Positions 59,510-64,000 of a stretch of 64,000 nucleotides of DNA are shown here, piece by piece. Under the pieces are notes generated by a model, which was given only the letters and a program-made list of their open reading frames with translations, had not been told where the DNA came from and searched no databases. The position numbers and the translations under genes were made by a program. This DNA comes from an uncultured virus (IMG/VR IMGVR_UViG_2061766007_000327) (taxonomy: Duplodnaviria; Heunggongvirae; Uroviricota; Caudoviricetes): IMG/VR virus record IMGVR_UViG_2061766007_000327. One strand, written 5' to 3'. Every line of letters begins with the position of its first letter. The stretch's first letter is position 1.

Positions 59510-59565
59510 GGCGGGGAAGCGGCGGTTTAGGGCCGCGGTCGGAGGTTCGAATCCTTCCCCCGTTT
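59510..59565 (+). ncRNA. D-armless tRNA-like element
   Basis: GGCGGGG/CCCCGTT acceptor, GCGGC-GGTTTAGG-GCCGC arm, GGAGG-TTCGAAT-CCTTC T arm. Confidence 0.6.
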
Positions 59566-59611
59566 CAAAATTGGAAATGCGTTAATGGGTACGGCGCATG
59601 AGTGGAATAGT

Positions 59612-59678
59612 AGGCGAGTCCTCGTCGGGTGTACCCACCCTCCCCTGGCGGAGGTGCCCGATGGGGGCTTGCCTTTTT
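59612..59678 (+). terminator. long G-U-rich hairpin plus U tract upstream of the helicase gene
   Basis: AGGCGAGTCCTCGTCGGGT pairs with GCCCGATGGGGGCTTGCCT, followed by TTTT. Confidence 0.6.
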
Positions 59679-59698
59679 AGCTGAAAAACCGCAGTTCA

Positions 59699-61177
59699 GT
59701 GAGATACGACAACATAGTAGAATATCTGTGCGAGACAGTTGGTCCGGCGATTCAAGGCGCGGGAGCGACTGATGAGAGGGTAAATAAGCGCACGGAGGCA
59801 GGTATGGCGATCGCGTTCCGGCGTTACGTCTGTGGGATAGACGGCGATAGCGGATGCGATTTCTTCAAGGTTGATGACGACGATCAGCTGTTCCTCTTCA
59901 ACGGCATGCATTACGAGGTCGTGAAGGAGGAGATCTTGCAGGAGATCATCATCGAGGTGATGGAGGAGATGGAGGTCGGGATCGTCTATCTGGCGAATTC
60001 GGCCAAGGGTATCAAGGATTTGTGCATGAATAAGCTGAAGACGGACGAGAGATGCCGCTTCGTGGCCGACCGGAGGTACGTCTGTTTCCGTAACGGGGTG
60101 TTCGACTGTGAGACCGGGAAGCTCCTGGCTCACGATGTGAGGTATAAGACTGACATCATCTTGGATTTCGACTACCGGGCCGATGCGGTGAGTGCGTTGT
60201 GGGACAAGGTTCTCGCGCAGACCGTGCCGGATATCAGCATGCGGGAGACTTTCCACCAGTTCTGCGGGTGCTTTTTAGCGAAGAGGGAGCAGTACAAGAT
60301 CGAGTATATCTGTTTCATAGTGGGCGAGGGTCAGAACGGCAAGAGCATCATCTGCAAAGCGGTTATCAATACGCTGGGCAGGGGTGTCGCCAGTGCCTAC
60401 TCGCCGGAGCAGTTGTTTAAGAGCAGCCAGGCGGAGTATCATCTGGCGGATGTGAACGGCAAGATCGTGAATTACTGCGATGATGTGAGCAAGAAGGACT
60501 TCTCCGGGGGCGATTTCAAGCAGTTCGTGAGCGGTGGGGAGTTCACGGGGAGGCATCCTTATAGCAAGAGGCCGACAAAGGTCAACAAGATCCCGCTGAT
60601 GCTGTGCTGCGCCAACAATATCCCGCCGACTACTGATGACACTGAGGGGTATTTCAGGCGCTTTTTGATTATATTGGCCCCGAATCATATAGATGAGAGG
60701 GACAAGGATGTCACTCTGGAGGCGAAACTGCAGGCGGACGATGTAAAAGCGGCTATTTTCAACTGGATTTATGAGGGGTATAAGGCTTTTGTGGCGAATG
60801 GCGGCAAGATCGACATCGCGTCGACCGTCAAGGATGTGATAGAGGAGATGCGAGCGACCAGCAACTCGCTGCGGAGGTGGATTTCCGAGTTCAATTATGG
60901 GAAAGTCGAGCCGGAGGGGTCGAGCGATCCGAGATGGAAGCCTTTGAAGGCCTGGTGCAAGGAGTATATCGAGTACTGCCAGGATTTTGGGGAGCAGCCG
61001 AAGAACAAGAATGCCGTCACGGAGATGTTCAAGAAGATGGGATTGGCGAAGACGCGCCGGAGTGACGGAATGTGGTACTGCATGGGTACTGTTGAGGAAA
61101 AGAAGGAGCGGAAGAAAGCCGAGAAGGAGGAGGATATGCCTAATTTTGTTGAACCTTTGAATTTTTTGCCGTTCTGA
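59699..61177 (+). CDS. D5/P4-family SF3 helicase (primase-associated ATPase)
   Basis: FRNGVFD (D5_N), Walker A GEGQNGKS, Walker B YCDD, CANNIP, GYFRRFLI. Confidence 0.85.
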   Translation: MRYDNIVEYLCETVGPAIQGAGATDERVNKRTEAGMAIAFRRYVCGIDGDSGCDFFKVDDDDQLFLFNGMHYEVVKEEILQEIIIEVMEEMEVGIVYLANSAKGIKDLCMNKLKTDERCRFVADRRYVCFRNGVFDCETGKLLAHDVRYKTDIILDFDYRADAVSALWDKVLAQTVPDISMRETFHQFCGCFLAKREQYKIEYICFIVGEGQNGKSIICKAVINTLGRGVASAYSPEQLFKSSQAEYHLADVNGKIVNYCDDVSKKDFSGGDFKQFVSGGEFTGRHPYSKRPTKVNKIPLMLCCANNIPPTTDDTEGYFRRFLIILAPNHIDERDKDVTLEAKLQADDVKAAIFNWIYEGYKAFVANGGKIDIASTVKDVIEEMRATSNSLRRWISEFNYGKVEPEGSSDPRWKPLKAWCKEYIEYCQDFGEQPKNKNAVTEMFKKMGLAKTRRSDGMWYCMGTVEEKKERKKAEKEEDMPNFVEPLNFLPF

Positions 61178-62106
61178 TGGGTAAGGAGGATAAGTTTAGA
61201 GCCATGTACGACCCGGTTGCCGCTCTGCGGAACGCCCCGCGGTTGATGGGGATGGAGTTGACTGAGCACGGAGCCGGCTTGCAGGGCGGATATTACCTCA
61301 ACGGAGACCGCCACGCATATAGGCGGGACAAGTTGAAGGTCTTCATTGGTCGCGGAAGTGTCTGGGTAAGCGAGGAAGGTGGAAGATGTGTCAGTTTACC
61401 TCAGTGGTTGGTTGAATTCGGGGGCGCCGAGAGTTATAGGGATGCCTTGAGGATGATAAAGGGCGAGAGGCAGGCTATCGACTGGAATCGTGAGGTCAGG
61501 CAGAGGTCGCAGATGGAGTTGCGGTATGTGAGCCCGGATGTACTTGAGGGAGCGAAAGGATATGACTTGAAGAGATGCGCCCTTTTTAGGTGGATGTGTG
61601 GGTTGTTTCCCGAGGAGAAAGTCCGCGAGGCGTGGGATCTGTACAATGTGACGACGGACGCGAACGGGAACGCGGTTTTCTGGTATGTGGATCAAAACGG
61701 AAAGATATTATATGACAAAAGAATTTTATACAAGGCCGACGGCCACCGAGACAAGTCCTTCTTCCCTGCTCGACGCTATCGTGTCGCGGATGGGTATTCC
61801 GGCAAGTGTTATTTTGGCGCATGCCTGGCTGGTGACGGCAAAAGAGCTTTCATCGTTGAAAGTGAAAAGTCAGCCCTGCTCGGATGGCTCTACTACGGAA
61901 GGCGATTCCTTGCGTGCGGGGGCAAAGGCAATCTTCGGGAAATTGAGCAAGGGATGATGCTTGTGCCTGATATGGATGCGAGGGACGAGTGGGCTCAGAA
62001 GGGCGAGGTCTTCCGTTGGTGGGAGAAGTGGGGTTTGCCGGAGAGCGAGATCGGCGACCACGCTGACATCGGGGATATGATTGTTTATAAAAAGGGTGCG
62101 AAATGA
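61177..62106 (+). CDS. Toprim-like primase (Bacteroidetes DUF6371-like)
   Basis: VFWYVDQNG, CYFGA, IVESEKSA, LACGG, PDMD, DIGD. Confidence 0.7.
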   Translation: MGKEDKFRAMYDPVAALRNAPRLMGMELTEHGAGLQGGYYLNGDRHAYRRDKLKVFIGRGSVWVSEEGGRCVSLPQWLVEFGGAESYRDALRMIKGERQAIDWNREVRQRSQMELRYVSPDVLEGAKGYDLKRCALFRWMCGLFPEEKVREAWDLYNVTTDANGNAVFWYVDQNGKILYDKRILYKADGHRDKSFFPARRYRVADGYSGKCYFGACLAGDGKRAFIVESEKSALLGWLYYGRRFLACGGKGNLREIEQGMMLVPDMDARDEWAQKGEVFRWWEKWGLPESEIGDHADIGDMIVYKKGAK

Positions 62107-62759
62107 TGAGGGACGCTTGGGAAGGGATCTGCAACGCCTATCTGAAGGAGTTTTGCGACAAGCATCTGCTGGATTTGAGTGAGGCGTACTGGGGGCACGA
62201 CGATCCCGGGACGATTGCGTGCATAGAGGGCAATTTCATCTCGATGGATGTCATCCGTTATGACATCGACCACGATATCCCGCCGGAGATGTTCTGGGAC
62301 TGGTACGAGTACGACCTGGATATCTGCGAGATCGAGGCGGATTACCGCTATTATAATGATTTGAGGAAATTCACCCATATCAACTACCCGAGTTTCTGTA
62401 AGGGTGTTCCGCTCCCGTATTCCTCGGAAGAAATAGCCCTATTAAGGAAGGAACTGAGTGATATTGAGGGTCCGGCGGACAACAGCGACAGGTATATAGC
62501 GGTGATGTCGGAGCTGACGGGACTTGACATAATGGAGAATTCCCGCCGGGTGTCCGTGGCCTGGCCCAGGTATATGGTTATGTACCAGATGCGGAAGGAC
62601 GGGCTTACCTTCAAGCGGATCGGTGACCGTTTCGGGAAGGACCACACGACAGTGATGTATGCGGTCAAGGTGATGAAGGACATGCTGGATATGCCGAAGA
62701 TGTATCCGGATGAAATCAAGTTGTGGCAACAATTCCAAAAAATAATCAAAGATGAGTAA
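62103..62759 (+). CDS. protein with a C-terminal DnaA domain IV-like HTH
   Basis: RYMVMY...TFKRIGDRFGKDHTTVMYAVK. Confidence 0.7.
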   Translation: MMRDAWEGICNAYLKEFCDKHLLDLSEAYWGHDDPGTIACIEGNFISMDVIRYDIDHDIPPEMFWDWYEYDLDICEIEADYRYYNDLRKFTHINYPSFCKGVPLPYSSEEIALLRKELSDIEGPADNSDRYIAVMSELTGLDIMENSRRVSVAWPRYMVMYQMRKDGLTFKRIGDRFGKDHTTVMYAVKVMKDMLDMPKMYPDEIKLWQQFQKIIKDE

Positions 62760-63234
62760 GTTTTCAGACAAGGTGAGGGCATTCTGGATGTTCAATTTCC
62801 GGAATCCCGTTGTTCGCAAGGGCGAGCAAGGCGCATTCAAGTGGGTCTTCAAGAGGTTTTGGCTGTCGATAGAGACGGTCAGTGGCAATTTCAAGGCCAG
62901 GTTCACTGCGGCGGAGCATCCGTACGCGTATTTGCTGGCGGGGAAGGACGACAGTAACATCGTCGGGTTCTGCCAGATGCTGTACCAGACCGGTATGCTG
63001 CTGACTACCGACCAGAAGTTGGTGGACGACATCAACAAAGCGTTTACCAGCTACGATAAGAGGCTTGTCTCGGAGGTCGAGGAGGACAAGGGTGAGGAGA
63101 TCGCGGCGATCAAGGAAGTACAGGCCGTCCAGGAGCATATTGAGCTGCCTAAGAAGGAGCGTAAGCAGAGGGAGAGGGACATCAACGGCAGATTTAAGAA
63201 GGCGGTGAAGGAAGCGGAGAAGTATGAAGGGTAG
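62752..63234 (+). CDS. hypothetical protein
   Basis: Overlapping packed ORF. Confidence 0.6.
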   Translation: MSKFSDKVRAFWMFNFRNPVVRKGEQGAFKWVFKRFWLSIETVSGNFKARFTAAEHPYAYLLAGKDDSNIVGFCQMLYQTGMLLTTDQKLVDDINKAFTSYDKRLVSEVEEDKGEEIAAIKEVQAVQEHIELPKKERKQRERDINGRFKKAVKEAEKYEG

Positions 63235-63433
63235 CGGTAGCCTGATCGGAGAGATCTGCAAGCTCCAGCGCCACATCGATATGATGGAGAGGCTGATGGG
63301 GGATTGCATAATCATCCTGTCGAAGAGGGATCCTGGACATTTTACTGTCGATTATGACGAGGAGGATGTCGGTATCGGGAAGAATCTGATAGAGTTGTGT
63401 TATAAGACTGTCGAGGATTCGGCGTCGATTTAA
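63224..63433 (+). CDS. hypothetical protein
   Basis: Packed ORF. Confidence 0.5.
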   Translation: MKGSGSLIGEICKLQRHIDMMERLMGDCIIILSKRDPGHFTVDYDEEDVGIGKNLIELCYKTVEDSASI

Positions 63434-63445
63434 ATTAATAGTTTT

Positions 63446-63994
63446 ATGGAAGATCAAAGAAACATTCATTACCGCGTGGGTGGGAAGCTCACTCACTGTG
63501 GTGTCGAGGTCCTTCCCGGCGGGAAGGACATCGAGAGAATTATCATTGCTCGTATTGAATACAAGGAGAGCGAAATGATCAATGGTAGGACGGAAAATGG
63601 CGTGTGGGTGGCGCATTTTGCACAGAACCCTTACACCTCGCTTCCGTTGATTCTGAATGCGACCAACCGGAAGAGGCTGGTTAAGTTATTCCCGGACTGT
63701 GACGGCTACATCGCGAGGCTGGAGAATGTACCCGTGAGGCTTACGAAGGAGCGCACTAGGGACGTACAGGATGGCGGGGAGACCTGGGGGCTGCGAATCA
63801 GTAAAATTCCGGCTTCGCCGGAGACTGCTGCGCCCCAGAAGAAGGTGATTACCGCCGACAAGGTCGATATTATCATAGAATGGGCTAAAAATCAAGGCTA
63901 TACTATTGACAATGTCGCAAAAATGTACGATTTTGCGGATGATTCCGTTAGACAGAAGATTAATGACGCTTTAATTGATGACTTACCCGAATAG
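63446..63994 (+). CDS. conserved phage protein (PLILNATN motif), possibly recombination-related
   Basis: PLILNATNRK...GLRI motif in the replication module. Confidence 0.55.
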   Translation: MEDQRNIHYRVGGKLTHCGVEVLPGGKDIERIIIARIEYKESEMINGRTENGVWVAHFAQNPYTSLPLILNATNRKRLVKLFPDCDGYIARLENVPVRLTKERTRDVQDGGETWGLRISKIPASPETAAPQKKVITADKVDIIIEWAKNQGYTIDNVAKMYDFADDSVRQKINDALIDDLPE

Positions 63995-64000
63995 TTATGG

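Noticed and set aside
59429..59530. 33-codon ORF MRISRSDARTV... as a leader peptide
   Set aside because: It runs through the hairpins and the tRNA-like fold, with no informative residue bias; the RNA structure explains the sequence better.
59524..59531. TTA in the loop of the tRNA-like element as an ochre suppressor anticodon, or genome recoding
   Set aside because: The loop is 8 nt and there is no D arm; genes end normally at TAA, TAG and TGA, so there is no sign of stop-codon reassignment.

Overview
Most of a tailed dsDNA bacteriophage genome with a long tape measure and no recognisable sheath gene (siphovirus-like). It very probably infects Bacteroidales, judging from repeated TTTG-N19-TAnnTTTG promoters, a DUF3127 gene and A/T-rich start regions without Shine-Dalgarno motifs. 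The window is a scaffold with many N gaps that split several genes, and 5.8-7.3 kb contains a duplicated-haplotype artefact. Layout: + strand packaging, head, tail, fibre and lysis genes (1-35.3 kb); a cassette of unknown function (35.4-39.9 kb) interrupted by an HNH endonuclease; a - strand early region of small ORFs with a serine recombinase, a second HNH, GP88 and RadC/JAB genes (39.9-57.6 kb); a divergent control/origin region (57.6-58.4 kb); and + strand replication genes (D5/SF3 helicase, Toprim-like primase). The most unusual content is non-coding. (i) A dispersed family of small structured RNA candidates, tagged by a thrice-repeated CGCA-GUGA-UGCG hairpin, stem scaffolds or tRNA-like scaffolds, each displaying a single-stranded segment that reads as the antisense of a translation start. 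(ii) A covarying three-way-junction/pseudoknot leader in front of both intact HNH genes. (iii) A ~570-nt structured non-coding stretch ending in a mini-tRNA, in the earliest transcript. All structures were paired by eye, and no database searches were run.
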